From the NCBI GenBank assembly GCA_902778625.1, contig CACYYM010000015.1, forward strand, positions 5,567-69,566: 64,000 nt of DNA. The letters are read 5' to 3'. Positions 27,551-38,229 of this stretch are shown in pieces (within the stretch, counting starts at the first letter, position 1; each line of letters opens with the position of its first letter). The position numbers and the translations under genes are program-made. The stretch comes from an uncultured Bacteroidales bacterium. GTDB taxonomy: Bacteria; Bacteroidota; Bacteroidia; Bacteroidales; Bacteroidaceae. The notes beneath the pieces are model-generated. The model had not been told where the DNA came from. It searched no databases and saw nothing but the letters and a program-made list of their open reading frames with translations.

Positions 27551-27824
27551 AATTATGTGCCCTTTTTCGGCACGACGGAAAATGACACTATGACAGCAAA
27601 ATGTCCGATTATCTTACACACTGATTTTATGTTTGCTGACAAAAGAGATGCTATTCGGCACAATTATTTTTTGCACGTTCTTCAACAAAATAATACTGCA
27701 AAAAGTGGATATCAACATATTTGGACTTTGAAAAATTCGCACGAAAACAGCACATTTTGTGACTTTTTATGCAAAAACGCAAAATCCTTTTAATTATAAT
27801 TAGGTATATAATGGAAAAAAATCG

Positions 27825-27832
27825 TATCTTTG
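27825..27832 (+). promoter_or_regulatory. -7 box TATCTTTG for the rseC-rnf operon
   Basis: 18 nt upstream of ATG 27850. Confidence 0.55.
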
Positions 27833-27849
27833 CGTGATTTTGGAGAGAA

Positions 27850-28266
27850 ATGGACAAGAAAGCAACAATTAAGCACGAGGGCATCGTAGAGAACATTGGA
27901 ACAGACCGATGTTCGGTTCGCATTTTGCAGGCTTCGGCTTGCAGTAGTTGCAGTGCCCGCAGCCTCTGTCACAGCAGCGAAAGCAAAGAAAAGGTGGTGG
28001 AAGTAAGCGGCCACTATCCTACTCTACAGGTTGGCGACAAGGTGACACTGGTCGGCTCTGTCCGTCAAAGCCTGAAGGCAACCGTGCTAGCGTATGTCGT
28101 TCCGCTTGTCTTGATGCTTATTGCGCTCTACGTCGGCACTCGCATGGGCGGAGACGGCATAGGGGCTACGACTGCACTCCTCGTCCTTGCCCTCTACTAT
28201 GGCGTGCTCTATCTGTTTCGCGACAGGTTGGGCAAGAACTTCACCTTCAAGATAGAAAGTAACTAA
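27850..28266 (+). CDS. rseC: RseC/MucC-family (SoxR-reducing system) protein
   Basis: CSSCSARSLC motif plus two C-terminal TM segments. Lies directly upstream of rnfB. Confidence 0.7.
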   Translation: MDKKATIKHEGIVENIGTDRCSVRILQASACSSCSARSLCHSSESKEKVVEVSGHYPTLQVGDKVTLVGSVRQSLKATVLAYVVPLVLMLIALYVGTRMGGDGIGATTALLVLALYYGVLYLFRDRLGKNFTFKIESN

Positions 28267-28285
28267 ACAAAACAATAAAAACATT

Positions 28286-29206
28286 ATGAATGTAATTCTG
28301 ATTGCAGTATGCGTGCTGGGACTCATCGGACTTGCCTCTGCGGTAATTCTGTTTGTTGTCTCTCACAAATTTGCTGTGCATGAAGACCCTCGCATTGCGC
28401 AGGTTGGAGCCGTTCTGCCTCAGGCTAATTGTGGCGGTTGCGGCTATCCCGGATGCTCGGGTTTTGCTGCTGCTTGTGTGAAAGCGGCAAATGAAGGTAG
28501 CCTGGAGGGCAAGCTTTGCCCTGTAGGCGGTCAGCCTGTCATGGAACAGGTGGCAAACATCCTCGGTCTGGCTGTTGAGGCAGCAGCTCCGAAGGTGGCA
28601 GTCGTTCGTTGTAACGGTACATGCGAGAACCGTCCTCGTCAAGCACAGTTTGATGGAGCCAGGAGTTGTCGCGTCCAGCAGATGACTGGCATGGGCGAGA
28701 CCGGCTGCGGCTACGGTTGTCTTGGCTGCGGCGATTGCGTGAGCAAGTGTCAGTTCGATGCGCTCCACATGAATCCCGAGACTGGTCTTCCCGAAGTTGA
28801 CGAAGAGAAGTGTACGGCTTGCGGTGCTTGTGCAAAAGCTTGTCCGAGAGGCATCATCGAGATTCGTCTCAAAGGTCCCAAAGGACGTCGTGTCGTTGTT
28901 CTCTGCAACAACAAGGACAAGGGCGCCATCGCCAACAAGGCTTGCAAAGCTTCATGTATCGGTTGCGGCAAGTGCGTCAAAACTTGCGAAAAGTTCGAGG
29001 CAATTACCCTCGAGAACAACCTTGCCTACATTGATGCCGAGAAGTGCAAGATGTGCCGCAAGTGCGAAGAAGCATGCCCGAAAGGAGCCATCCACAGCTT
29101 TAACTTCCCTCCGCGAAAGCCTAAGACGGAAGAGACTGCTCCCCAAAGTGCACCAGAGCCCCAGAATGCTCCGATACAGAATGTTGAATCCTCTAAAGCC
29201 GAATAA
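28286..29206 (+). CDS. rnfB: Rnf complex subunit B (polyferredoxin)
   Basis: N-terminal TM and several CxxCxxCxxxCP 4Fe-4S motifs. Confidence 0.9.
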   Translation: MNVILIAVCVLGLIGLASAVILFVVSHKFAVHEDPRIAQVGAVLPQANCGGCGYPGCSGFAAACVKAANEGSLEGKLCPVGGQPVMEQVANILGLAVEAAAPKVAVVRCNGTCENRPRQAQFDGARSCRVQQMTGMGETGCGYGCLGCGDCVSKCQFDALHMNPETGLPEVDEEKCTACGACAKACPRGIIEIRLKGPKGRRVVVLCNNKDKGAIANKACKASCIGCGKCVKTCEKFEAITLENNLAYIDAEKCKMCRKCEEACPKGAIHSFNFPPRKPKTEETAPQSAPEPQNAPIQNVESSKAE

Positions 29207-29209
29207 TAT

Positions 29210-30553
29210 ATGAAGACATTTAAGATAGGCGGTGTTCATCCCGCAGAAAACAAGCTGTCTGCAGCAAGTCCTATTCGCGAGGCAGCGTTGCCTAAGCAGG
29301 CAGTCTTCAGTATGTTCCAACATATCGGTGCTCCAGCAAAGCCCGTCGTACAGAAGGGTGACGAGGTAAAAGTGGGCACGTTGTTGGCTGAGGCTGGAGG
29401 TTTTGTCAGTGCTCCCATACATAGCAGTGTCAGCGGTAAGGTATCGAAGGTTGATGCAGTCCTCGATGCAAGCGGCACTCGTCGTATGGCTGTTTACGTG
29501 GATGTCGAAGGCGACGAATGGGAAGAAGGCATCGACCGCTCCCCTGCCCTCGTTAAGCTCAGCGACCGTCCCGAACTCGACAGCAAGACAATTGTAGAAA
29601 AGATAAAGGCGGCAGGCATCGTCGGCATGGGCGGTGCTACATTCCCTTGCCATGTCAAGCTCTCACCTCCTCCTGGATGCAAGGCCGAGTGCGTCATCAT
29701 CAATGCCGTAGAGTGCGAGCCGTACTTGACTGCCGACCACCGTCTCATGCTTGAGCATCCCGAGGAGATACTCGTGGGTTTGCAGCTCATCATGAAGGCT
29801 GTGGATGTGCAGAAGGGCTACATCGGTATCGAGAACAACAAGCCCGATGCAATTGCTCTGATGAAGGAGAAGGCTCAAAGCTACGAAGGCATCGAGATTG
29901 TGCCTCTCAAGGTTAAATATCCGCAAGGCGGCGAGAAGCAGCTCATCGACGCAGTCATTGGCCGTCAAGTTCCTGCTCCTCCTGCCATTCCTATCAATGT
30001 TGGAGCTGTTGTGCAGAACGTCGGTACTGCCTTTGCCATCTATCAAGCAGTGATGAAGAACAAGCCGCTCATCGACCGTATCATCACCGTTACAGGCAAG
30101 AGCGTGAAGCAGCCGAGCAATCTCTTGGCTCGCCTTGGCACGCCCTTCCAGCAACTCATCGACGAGTGCGGAGGCCTTCCGGAAGACACAGGCAAGATTA
30201 TCGGTGGCGGTCCCATGATGGGTAAGGCCCTGCTCAGCCTCGACATTCCTATGACAAAAGGCTCAAGCGGTCTGCTCATTATGAACAACAAGGAGGCGCA
30301 TCGAGCAGAACCTAAGCCTTGCATACGCTGTGCAAAGTGCGTCAGCGCTTGTCCGATGGGCTTGGAGCCTTATCTGCTCAGCAAGATGAGCGCGAAGGAA
30401 GATTGGGAAGGTGCTGAGAAGAATGACATAACAAGCTGCATCGAATGTGGCAGCTGCCAGTTCACTTGCCCAAGCAATCGTCCGTTGCTCGACATGATTC
30501 GCGTCGGAAAAAGTACCGTTATGGGAATTATTCGCAGCAGAGCTGCTAAATGA
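29210..30553 (+). CDS. rnfC: Rnf complex subunit C
   Basis: GMGGATFP, CIRCAKCVSACP and CIECGSCQFTCP. Confidence 0.9.
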   Translation: MKTFKIGGVHPAENKLSAASPIREAALPKQAVFSMFQHIGAPAKPVVQKGDEVKVGTLLAEAGGFVSAPIHSSVSGKVSKVDAVLDASGTRRMAVYVDVEGDEWEEGIDRSPALVKLSDRPELDSKTIVEKIKAAGIVGMGGATFPCHVKLSPPPGCKAECVIINAVECEPYLTADHRLMLEHPEEILVGLQLIMKAVDVQKGYIGIENNKPDAIALMKEKAQSYEGIEIVPLKVKYPQGGEKQLIDAVIGRQVPAPPAIPINVGAVVQNVGTAFAIYQAVMKNKPLIDRIITVTGKSVKQPSNLLARLGTPFQQLIDECGGLPEDTGKIIGGGPMMGKALLSLDIPMTKGSSGLLIMNNKEAHRAEPKPCIRCAKCVSACPMGLEPYLLSKMSAKEDWEGAEKNDITSCIECGSCQFTCPSNRPLLDMIRVGKSTVMGIIRSRAAK

Positions 30554-30556
30554 TAA

Positions 30557-31573
30557 ATGACAAACGATAAAAGATATTATAACATGAAACCAATCATATC
30601 CCTTTCACCGCATGTTCACGGAGACGACTCCGTGCAGAAGAACATGTATGGTGTCTGCATTGCACTCGTGCCTGCACTGCTTGCAAGCCTTTGGTTCTTC
30701 GGCCTTGGTGCTGCTATCGTGCTTGCCACATCGGTGCTTTCTTGCGTCTTCTTCGAGTGGGCGATTACGAAGTTCCTGCTGAAACGTCCTGCCTGCACAA
30801 TCTGTGACGGCAGTGCTATCCTGACAGGTTTGCTGCTTGGCTTCAACTTGCCGAGCAATCTGCCAATATGGCTAATCATCATTGGTGCCCTTGTTGCTAT
30901 CGGCATCGGTAAGATGACATTCGGCGGACTTGGTCAGAACCCCTTCAACCCTGCCCTTGTCGGTCGTGTGTTCCTGCTCATCAGTTTCCCTGTGCAGATG
31001 ACAACTTGGTCCGACAATCTGCGCGACAGTATTGATGGCTGTTCCGGTGCAACTCCTTTGAGCCTAATGCAGAAAGCCATTCTTGAAAAAGATCCTTCAA
31101 TTCTGAATGACTTACCTTCAAGCCTAGAAATGCTTTATGGCCAGACAGAGGGTTCTTTAGGCGAAGTCAGCGCTTTGCTGCTTCTGTTGGGCTGTGCCTT
31201 CATGCTTTGGCGCAAGATTATCACTTGGCACATTCCAGTCAGCATTCTTGGAACAGTAGCTGTCTTCTCAGGCATCATGCACATCGCCAATCCGATTTAT
31301 GCTATGCCGCATGTCGTGCTGATGAGCGGCGGCCTGATTCTCGGTGCTTGCTTCATGGCAACGGACTATGTTACCTCGCCCATGACAGCAAAGGGACAAC
31401 TCATTTATGGCGTTTGTATCGGCTTGCTGACAGTCATCATCCGTAACTGGGGCGCTTATCCCGAAGGCATGTCGTTCGCGATTCTCATCATGAACGCTTT
31501 CACGCCTCTCATCAATACTTATTGCAAGCCTGAACGTTTCGGCGAAGTCGTCAGAAAGGAGGAAAAGAAATGA
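30557..31573 (+). CDS. rnfD: Rnf complex subunit D
   Basis: Polytopic membrane protein with SGATPL flavinylation context. The start could instead be MKPII at 30584. Confidence 0.85.
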   Translation: MTNDKRYYNMKPIISLSPHVHGDDSVQKNMYGVCIALVPALLASLWFFGLGAAIVLATSVLSCVFFEWAITKFLLKRPACTICDGSAILTGLLLGFNLPSNLPIWLIIIGALVAIGIGKMTFGGLGQNPFNPALVGRVFLLISFPVQMTTWSDNLRDSIDGCSGATPLSLMQKAILEKDPSILNDLPSSLEMLYGQTEGSLGEVSALLLLLGCAFMLWRKIITWHIPVSILGTVAVFSGIMHIANPIYAMPHVVLMSGGLILGACFMATDYVTSPMTAKGQLIYGVCIGLLTVIIRNWGAYPEGMSFAILIMNAFTPLINTYCKPERFGEVVRKEEKK

Positions 31574-32094
31574 AGAAGCTTAAATCCACTTGGTACAATA
31601 TGGCAATCGTGCTGACCGGCATTGCAGTCGTTGCAGGAGCAGCACTTGGTTATGTGAATAGCATAACGGCTCCAACCATCGAGGCTCTTAAGGTTCAACA
31701 AGAGAAAGAAGCCGAGCAAGAAGTCTTGAATGGTCAAGAAGGTTCTGCCATCAAGATAACAGACCCGAAAGGTTTTGGCGGTGCTCTGACTGTAATGGTA
31801 GGTCTTGCTCAAGACGGCACAATCCTTGGCTACAAGGTACTTGAGTCGAGCGAGACTCCGGGACTTGGTGCTAAGGCACAGGACTGGTTCCAAAAGGGCC
31901 AAAAAGGCGACATCATCGGCAAGCAAGCAGGCAAACTTGAAGTCAGCAAGGACGGAGGCGAAGTGGATGCCATCACAGCGTCGACCATTACCAGCCGTGC
32001 TTTCCTACGTTGCATCAACGCTGCCTACAAGACACTTTCCGAGAACGACGCACAGAGTGGAGCAAGTCCACAAGCAAAGCCTAATAATAATTAA
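31570..32094 (+). CDS. rnfG: Rnf complex subunit G
   Basis: N-terminal TM and DAITASTITSRA FMN-binding motif. 4-nt overlap with rnfD. Confidence 0.85.
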   Translation: MKKLKSTWYNMAIVLTGIAVVAGAALGYVNSITAPTIEALKVQQEKEAEQEVLNGQEGSAIKITDPKGFGGALTVMVGLAQDGTILGYKVLESSETPGLGAKAQDWFQKGQKGDIIGKQAGKLEVSKDGGEVDAITASTITSRAFLRCINAAYKTLSENDAQSGASPQAKPNNN

Positions 32095-32116
32095 TAATGT
32101 AAAGGAGGAAACTGAA

Positions 32117-32701
32117 ATGAACAATATGAAAGTCCTGCTTAACGGCATCATAAAGGAGAACCCCACGTTTGTGCTCTTGCTTGGCATGTGTCCGACACTC
32201 GGAACGACAAGCAGCGCAATTAACGGCCTCTCGATGGGACTTGCCACGATGGCTGTCCTCATCTTCTCCAACCTCATCATTTCGCTTATCAAGAAGCTGA
32301 TTCCCGATATGGTACGCATTCCTTCGTTCATCGTCGTGATTGCATCTCTCGTGACAATCTTGCAGATGCTCATCAAGGCATACGCTCCCGAAGTGGACAA
32401 GAGCCTTGGTCTGTTCATCCCACTTATTGTGGTGAACTGCATCATCCTTGGTCGTGCGGAAGCTTTTGCAGCCAAGAATGGCGTAGTAAGCAGCATTTGC
32501 GATGGCATCGGAATGGGTATAGGCTTCACTATTGCCCTCACCCTTTTGGGTGCAGTTCGCGAGTTGCTTGGAACGGGTAAGGTGTTCGATACGACAATCT
32601 TCCCCGAGAACTACGGAGCACTTGTCTTCGTTCTTGCTCCCGGAGCTTTCATCGCTCTTGGTTATCTCATTGCTATCATTAACAAGATTAAAAAGGCATA
32701 A
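32117..32701 (+). CDS. rnfE: Rnf complex subunit E
   Basis: ORF 31805..32701 trimmed to MNNMKVLLNGIIKENPTFVLLLGMCP after a GGAGG-like site. RnfE/NqrD family. Confidence 0.85.
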   Translation: MNNMKVLLNGIIKENPTFVLLLGMCPTLGTTSSAINGLSMGLATMAVLIFSNLIISLIKKLIPDMVRIPSFIVVIASLVTILQMLIKAYAPEVDKSLGLFIPLIVVNCIILGRAEAFAAKNGVVSSICDGIGMGIGFTIALTLLGAVRELLGTGKVFDTTIFPENYGALVFVLAPGAFIALGYLIAIINKIKKA

Positions 32702-32703
32702 CT

Positions 32704-33324
32704 ATGGCATACATACTTATATTCATCACTGCGGTCTTTGTTAACAACATCGTCCTGTCTCAGTTCTTGGGCATATGTCCCTTCCTTGGCGTCAGCAAGA
32801 AAGTGGATTCTGCCCTTGGTATGGGTGCAGCTGTGGCTTTCGTACTCACGCTTGCCACCATTGTCACCTATCTCATTCAAATGTATGTGCTCAAGGCTTT
32901 CGGCCTAGAATATCTCCAGACGATTGCCTTCATCCTTGTGATTGCAGCCCTCGTGCAGATGGTCGAGATTATCTTAAAGAAAAGCGCTCCTGCGCTATAT
33001 CAGGCACTTGGCGTCTTCTTGCCGCTCATCACGACCAACTGCTGCATCCTCGGTGTAGCAATTCTCGTGGCTAACGGCACATACGCAACTCAAGGCCTCG
33101 AGCCTAACCTGCTGACCGGCGTTGTCTTTGCCATCAGCACGGCCATCGGCTTTGCTCTTGCGCTTGTCGTCTTTGCAGGCATTCGCGAGCAACTTGAAAT
33201 GATGGATGTTCCCAAAGGCCTTCAAGGAATGAGCATAGCCCTTATTACCGCAGGTCTTCTGGCAATGGCTTTCATGGGTTTCAGCGGCGTCGATAACGGA
33301 CTTAAAACTCTGTTCGGGCTATAG
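32704..33324 (+). CDS. rnfA: Rnf complex subunit A
   Basis: RnfA/NqrE family, six TM segments. NNIVLSQFLGICPFLGVS. Confidence 0.85.
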   Translation: MAYILIFITAVFVNNIVLSQFLGICPFLGVSKKVDSALGMGAAVAFVLTLATIVTYLIQMYVLKAFGLEYLQTIAFILVIAALVQMVEIILKKSAPALYQALGVFLPLITTNCCILGVAILVANGTYATQGLEPNLLTGVVFAISTAIGFALALVVFAGIREQLEMMDVPKGLQGMSIALITAGLLAMAFMGFSGVDNGLKTLFGL

Positions 33325-33330
33325 ATTAAG

Positions 33331-33375
33331 TAATTTTGAATTTTGAATTTTGAATTTAGCAATTTTGAATTTAAT
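33331..33375. repeat. octamer stutter (aattttga)n
   Basis: taattttgaattttgaattttgaatttagcaattttgaattt. Related runs at 14736-14760, 27090-27124, 38345-38395 and 62658-62690. Confidence 0.85.
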
Positions 33376-33378
33376 TAT

Positions 33379-34392
33379 ATGAACATCCTATTAACAGGTG
33401 GTGCGGGCTACATTGGCAGCCACACCCTCATCGAGTTAGACAAGGCAGGCCACAGCGTGGTTGTAGTCGATAACTTCTACAATTCCCAGCCTGAAGCCAT
33501 TCGTCGCGTCGAGCAAATCATCGGCCACAAGGTCATCTTTATTGAAGCCGACATTCGCGATTGCGAAGCTATGGACAAGGTCTTCACGGACCACAAGATA
33601 GATGCTGTCATCAACTTCGCTGGCCTCAAAGCTGTTGGCGAATCCGTTGCCAAGCCTCTTATGTACTACGAAACAAACATGAACGGCGTGTTCGTTCTCA
33701 TTGACGTCATGCAGAAGCACGGTTGCAAGAACATCATCTTCTCTTCTTCTGCAACGGTTTATGGTGATCCTGCCATTATTCCCATTACAGAAGAATGTCC
33801 CAAGGGCCAGTGCACCAATCCTTACGGCTGGACGAAGTCTATGATTGAACAGGTACTGATGGACGTTCAGAAGGCCGATCCCGAGTGGAACGTCGTGCTT
33901 CTCCGTTATTTCAACCCTATTGGCGCTCATGAGTCGGGACTGATTGGCGAGAACCCCAACGGCATTCCTAACAACTTGATGCCATATATCACACAAACTG
34001 CCATTGGCATTCGCAAGGAGCTTGGTGTCTTTGGCAATGACTATGACACACACGATGGAACCGGCGTTCGCGACTACATCCATGTCGTTGATCTTGCCAA
34101 TGGTCACGTTTGTGCACTCAAAGCCATTCAGGAGAACAAGGGTCTTGCCATTTACAACCTCGGAACAGGTCACGGCTACTCCGTCCTTGACGTCGTCAAA
34201 GCCTTCGAGAAGGCCAACGGTCTCAAGGTTCCATATGCAATCAAGCCCCGTCGCCCAGGTGACATCGCCACTTGTTATTGCGACCCAGCAAAGGCAAAGC
34301 GCGAGCTGGGCTGGGAGGCCAAGTTCGGCATCGAAGAGATGTGTCGCGACTCATGGCGTTTCCAGAAGAATAATCCAAACGGATACGAATAA
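33379..34392 (+). CDS. galE: UDP-glucose 4-epimerase
   Basis: Start set at MNILLTGGAGYIGSH, so the ORF-track N-terminus that runs through the octamer repeat is dropped. YGWTK catalytic YxxxK. Confidence 0.9.
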   Translation: MNILLTGGAGYIGSHTLIELDKAGHSVVVVDNFYNSQPEAIRRVEQIIGHKVIFIEADIRDCEAMDKVFTDHKIDAVINFAGLKAVGESVAKPLMYYETNMNGVFVLIDVMQKHGCKNIIFSSSATVYGDPAIIPITEECPKGQCTNPYGWTKSMIEQVLMDVQKADPEWNVVLLRYFNPIGAHESGLIGENPNGIPNNLMPYITQTAIGIRKELGVFGNDYDTHDGTGVRDYIHVVDLANGHVCALKAIQENKGLAIYNLGTGHGYSVLDVVKAFEKANGLKVPYAIKPRRPGDIATCYCDPAKAKRELGWEAKFGIEEMCRDSWRFQKNNPNGYE

Positions 34393-34418
34393 TCATCTAA
34401 AACTTAATAACTACACAA

Positions 34419-37400
34419 ATGAAGCGTTCTATTATCTCTTTCATGACACTCTGCTTCGCATTAATGGCAACAGCAGAGCCCATTGGTAAGCAAGCTGCGC
34501 TTTATACAGCAAAGGCTTATATGCTTGCTAAAGGTAAGAGCATTAATCAGGCACAAACGCCCTTCAAGGCTCATAGCAATGCCACTTCGAACGGTCAGGA
34601 AGACACTTACTACTATGTCTTCAACGCAGGAGACAATGGTGGATACGTCATCGTCTCTGGCGACGACCGCGTAGAGCCCATCCTCGGATACGTCGACCAT
34701 GGTTCGTTCGACCCCGACAACATCCCAGAAAACATGCGAGAATTGTTGCAGATGTATACCAACGAAATTAAGTTTGTCATCGACAACAACATCCAGCCCG
34801 ACGATCCTCGCATCAAGAAACGTAACAAAGTCGCAGGAACACGTCATAGCGTTGGCGAAATGCTGACAACTCGTTGGAACCAGGGCAGGCCCTACAACAT
34901 CACTTGTCCCGATTACTATTTGGAGGACGACAAGGAGGAGCAAACCCCCTTGCCCAAAAGAAGCGGTCCAGCAACTGGTTGTACTGCAACGGCGATGGCA
35001 CAGGTCATGTACTTCTACAAATATCCAGAAAAGATTAAGAAGCTCATTCCGAGCTACTCCATCACATATTGGTCGAAAAAAGATGGTTCGTCAAAGACCG
35101 TCAACATCCCAGCCATTCCACGCAACACAGTTATCAAGTGGGACGATATGCGCGACACTTATTCTTGGGAAGACGGACACGTAGCAAATGCTCAGGACTC
35201 GGCCGTTGCTAACCTGATGCGTTATTGCGGACAAGCCGTTACCATGCACTATGGTCCCTCTTCTGGTGCTAACTTCAGTGCTGAAGCCTATATCGAATAC
35301 TTCGGATTCGACCAGAGAGCATGGGTTGGCGAACGTTACAACTTTAGTATCGACGAATGGTTTGATTTGATTTACAACGAAATTGACCAAGGCTATCCCG
35401 TCCTTATCTCTGGTTTCTCTTCCGGAGGTGGTCACGCATTTGTGATTGACGGCTTCGACGGTGATAATCTCTTCCATCTCAACTGGGGCTGGGGCGGCGG
35501 CAGCAATGGCTGGTTCCTCGTCGGCATCCTGAATCCTGGTGATAACAGCGGAATTGGTGCAAGTAGCAGCAGCGACGGATATAGCATGAGCCAACGCGCA
35601 CTCTTCAACCTTCGCCTTCCGCGCACACCTAAGTCCGAGGGATATCTTACCGTTAGCGATGCTTCTATCTACAACAATACAAGCATCAGGGTTAAGTACA
35701 CAAACAGAACCGGTTCGTCGAACAGCTTCCACACAGGCATTGTCATGCTCGACGAGAACGGCGAGCTCGCGCTTGTTGGCGATAAGCAAAACATCAACGG
35801 CTTAGCAAACAACGCGACAGCCACGAAGACCTTCCAGATTGCAGGGCATCTTCCTGAAGGCATCTACAAGCTCTCTCCTGCAAGCAAACCATCCAAAAGC
35901 GAGGAGTGGCAGGCTGAATACGACTTCAAGACACAGTACATCGAGGCCGTAGTCGATAGCACTGACCAAGTTTTCCTGAGCTTCAAGAGGCCCATTCCCA
36001 CCTATGAGAGCATAGTAGTCGATACCATCGTCTTCCCTGGCACACGTATCGTCGGAAAGGAACAGGAAGTCAAAGTCACCTTCCGTAACGAAGGCAAGGA
36101 GTACTTCAAGACCATCTATCTCCTCGCAAGCAAGACACAAGAGAAAGTCTATACCAAGAGCAAGTCCCAAGTTGCCATTCATGCCGGAGAGACGCTCGAC
36201 ATCTCCTACTTCTTCAAGCCCGAAGAGACAGGTACCTACAACCTCTGGCTCGCTACCGACGACAAGGGTAACAACGTCATTGGAGAAGGCACGATGGAAA
36301 TAATCGAAGAATCGCAAGCCTCTAAAGCAGATCTCACCGTCACATCCTACACCATCACAAATCTTGTCAACAACTACATCTACGGTAAGACGATGGTCGG
36401 GCAGGCTAAAATCAGGAACAACAAGAGCGAGGAGTACAAAGGAAGAGTCAAATTACAAATCTGGACACAGTACAATGGTCAAGGTTCAGCTTGGAGTGGC
36501 TCGACCCACACCTACGACGTTGATATCATGGGTGGAAAAATCGCTACCATCGACTTCCAGTTCGACGGGCTCGGCGAGAACAACAAGTACTACCTTGCCG
36601 CATACTATGGCAATCAGGACGGCTCTCTCGGCAATGGCGGCGTTTGGGACCTTGGAGGCTGGACGGTCAAAGCCGGTATCGCTTGCTGGAAAAACGACGG
36701 CACACTGACTGGCAAGGAGTACAAGTCGTCGTTGACCACATCCGCCACCTTCTGCGGCATCCTGGCCGATTGCAGCAAGAGGATAACGCGAATGTCGGGA
36801 AACAAAAACCCCAACACCATCTACGCCTTTGGTGAGAACATGGAACCGCCAACAACTCTTGTCGACCACAACCTCGTGCATGGCAAACACGCCAACCACA
36901 TCAACCTCGTCAACGACCAGCCCTACTATCTCCCTGCTACGTTCAGGGCTGATACAGCAACCTACACCTACACCTTCGCCGAGACAGAAGACGGAACAGG
37001 CTGGCACGCCTTCACAATGCCATTCGCCGTCGATTCCATCTTCCTCGACGGTGCAGAGGTCACTCTCGACGACACACTCAACCACTTCTGGATCTACGAG
37101 TTCGCTAAGGAAAGCTTCAATGGCGACGTTGTCTTCAAGCCTGCCCAAAAACTCCGTAGCGGCACTCCCTACATCATCGCTGGTGACCATAAGATGGCAG
37201 GTCGCTCACTCGTCTTCCGAGCATACAACGTGCCCTTCTACAAGTCCGGAACAGACCAGATGGTCGTAACGTCAGCCAATTACAAGTTCCACGGCAATAC
37301 GTTCGCTCCGAAGCTCAAGAACATCTACCTCCTCAATGAAGCAGGAACAGCATTCGAGTACACCACCGTAATAAAGACACTCGACGCAATGGCATCCTAC

Positions 37401-38138
37401 TTCACCACAGAGCTCCCCGACAGCCTTATGCCCGAGAGCATCGTTCTGCCCGAAATTCCAGTTGCACCTGTCCGTAAGATAACGCTCGACGAGATGGCAA
37501 CAGAGCCCATCGTAGCCGGCACATACGACGAGCTCACACTCTGTCGCACCTATGAAACAGGACTGAACACCGTCTGTCTGCCCTTCCAGATCGACGACGT
37601 GACAAGCGTTTTCGGTGAAGGCATTCAGGCATACACCTTCTACGGTCTCTCGTCCAACTACATCGAGTTCATCAAAGCCGACACACTTGCTGCAGGAATA
37701 CCCTTCATCATCCTCGTACCCGAGCTAGAAGCTACAGCCGAAGCAGGCATACCCTCGACCATCGTCCTCGAAGACATCACCATCGACGAGACGAGTGTTC
37801 AGGCAGGTTTTGTAGAGCACTCATCAACCATCTTCCAGGGTACCTACGCCCCCATTGTCGCAGCCGAGCAGCAGAACGTCATTTATGGCGTAGCTGTTGA
37901 CGGAGCAACGTTCATGCTCGAAGGTCAAGACCAAGTCAACGGCTTCCATGCATACCTCCGCTTACCCGAGAACGCAGAGGCTATGACCATACGCCTCTGG
38001 GACGACCCGACAGGCATTAGGAGAATTGACAATGGAGAATGGGGAATGGAGAATGCCATCTTCAACCTCGCAGGTCAGCGTCTCCAGAAGATGCAGAAGG
38101 GCGTTAACATCGTGAACGACAGAAAAGTACTGAAATAA
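34419..38138 (+). CDS. C10 (streptopain-like) cysteine protease, 1239 aa, with propeptide, Ig-like repeats and T9SS CTD
   Basis: GCTATAMAQVMYFYKYP (catalytic Cys), GGGHAFVIDGFD (His) and HLNWGWGGGSNGWF. Tail FNLAGQRLQKMQKGVNIVNDRKVLK. Confidence 0.85.
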   Translation: MKRSIISFMTLCFALMATAEPIGKQAALYTAKAYMLAKGKSINQAQTPFKAHSNATSNGQEDTYYYVFNAGDNGGYVIVSGDDRVEPILGYVDHGSFDPDNIPENMRELLQMYTNEIKFVIDNNIQPDDPRIKKRNKVAGTRHSVGEMLTTRWNQGRPYNITCPDYYLEDDKEEQTPLPKRSGPATGCTATAMAQVMYFYKYPEKIKKLIPSYSITYWSKKDGSSKTVNIPAIPRNTVIKWDDMRDTYSWEDGHVANAQDSAVANLMRYCGQAVTMHYGPSSGANFSAEAYIEYFGFDQRAWVGERYNFSIDEWFDLIYNEIDQGYPVLISGFSSGGGHAFVIDGFDGDNLFHLNWGWGGGSNGWFLVGILNPGDNSGIGASSSSDGYSMSQRALFNLRLPRTPKSEGYLTVSDASIYNNTSIRVKYTNRTGSSNSFHTGIVMLDENGELALVGDKQNINGLANNATATKTFQIAGHLPEGIYKLSPASKPSKSEEWQAEYDFKTQYIEAVVDSTDQVFLSFKRPIPTYESIVVDTIVFPGTRIVGKEQEVKVTFRNEGKEYFKTIYLLASKTQEKVYTKSKSQVAIHAGETLDISYFFKPEETGTYNLWLATDDKGNNVIGEGTMEIIEESQASKADLTVTSYTITNLVNNYIYGKTMVGQAKIRNNKSEEYKGRVKLQIWTQYNGQGSAWSGSTHTYDVDIMGGKIATIDFQFDGLGENNKYYLAAYYGNQDGSLGNGGVWDLGGWTVKAGIACWKNDGTLTGKEYKSSLTTSATFCGILADCSKRITRMSGNKNPNTIYAFGENMEPPTTLVDHNLVHGKHANHINLVNDQPYYLPATFRADTATYTYTFAETEDGTGWHAFTMPFAVDSIFLDGAEVTLDDTLNHFWIYEFAKESFNGDVVFKPAQKLRSGTPYIIAGDHKMAGRSLVFRAYNVPFYKSGTDQMVVTSANYKFHGNTFAPKLKNIYLLNEAGTAFEYTTVIKTLDAMASYFTTELPDSLMPESIVLPEIPVAPVRKITLDEMATEPIVAGTYDELTLCRTYETGLNTVCLPFQIDDVTSVFGEGIQAYTFYGLSSNYIEFIKADTLAAGIPFIILVPELEATAEAGIPSTIVLEDITIDETSVQAGFVEHSSTIFQGTYAPIVAAEQQNVIYGVAVDGATFMLEGQDQVNGFHAYLRLPENAEAMTIRLWDDPTGIRRIDNGEWGMENAIFNLAGQRLQKMQKGVNIVNDRKVLK

Positions 38139-38190
38139 CGCAAAGGCAAGCCGAAAGTTCAATGAGCCTCGGCTAAGCCACACACTCAGC

Positions 38191-38225
38191 GTGCCTCGTC
38201 AATCCGACGGGGCACGTTTCGTTTC
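38191..38225 (+). terminator. hairpin terminator after the first C10 gene
   Basis: gtgcctcgtc aatcc gacggggcac 10-bp stem, then gtttcgtttc. Confidence 0.55.
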
Positions 38226-38229
38226 TGAA

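Noticed and set aside
27382-27793. ORFs 27382..27585 and 27440..27793, plus 1278..1595 and 853..1413, in intergenic regions
   Set aside because: They read through the CGCCGCACGCGG repeat elements, giving RRTRRL/AARGN peptides in every copy. They have no promoter or RBS context. They are artefacts of repeats.
31805-32116. N-terminal extension of the RnfE ORF overlapping rnfG
   Set aside because: The extension is out of frame within rnfG, whose own product has the FMN-binding motif. An ATG at 32117 preceded by aaggagg gives a canonical RnfE N-terminus.
33343-33378. ORF-track start of galE at 33343 (MNFEFSNFEFNY...)
   Set aside because: These codons are the aattttga octamer repeat. The canonical Rossmann N-terminus MNILLTGGAGYIGSH starts at 33379.
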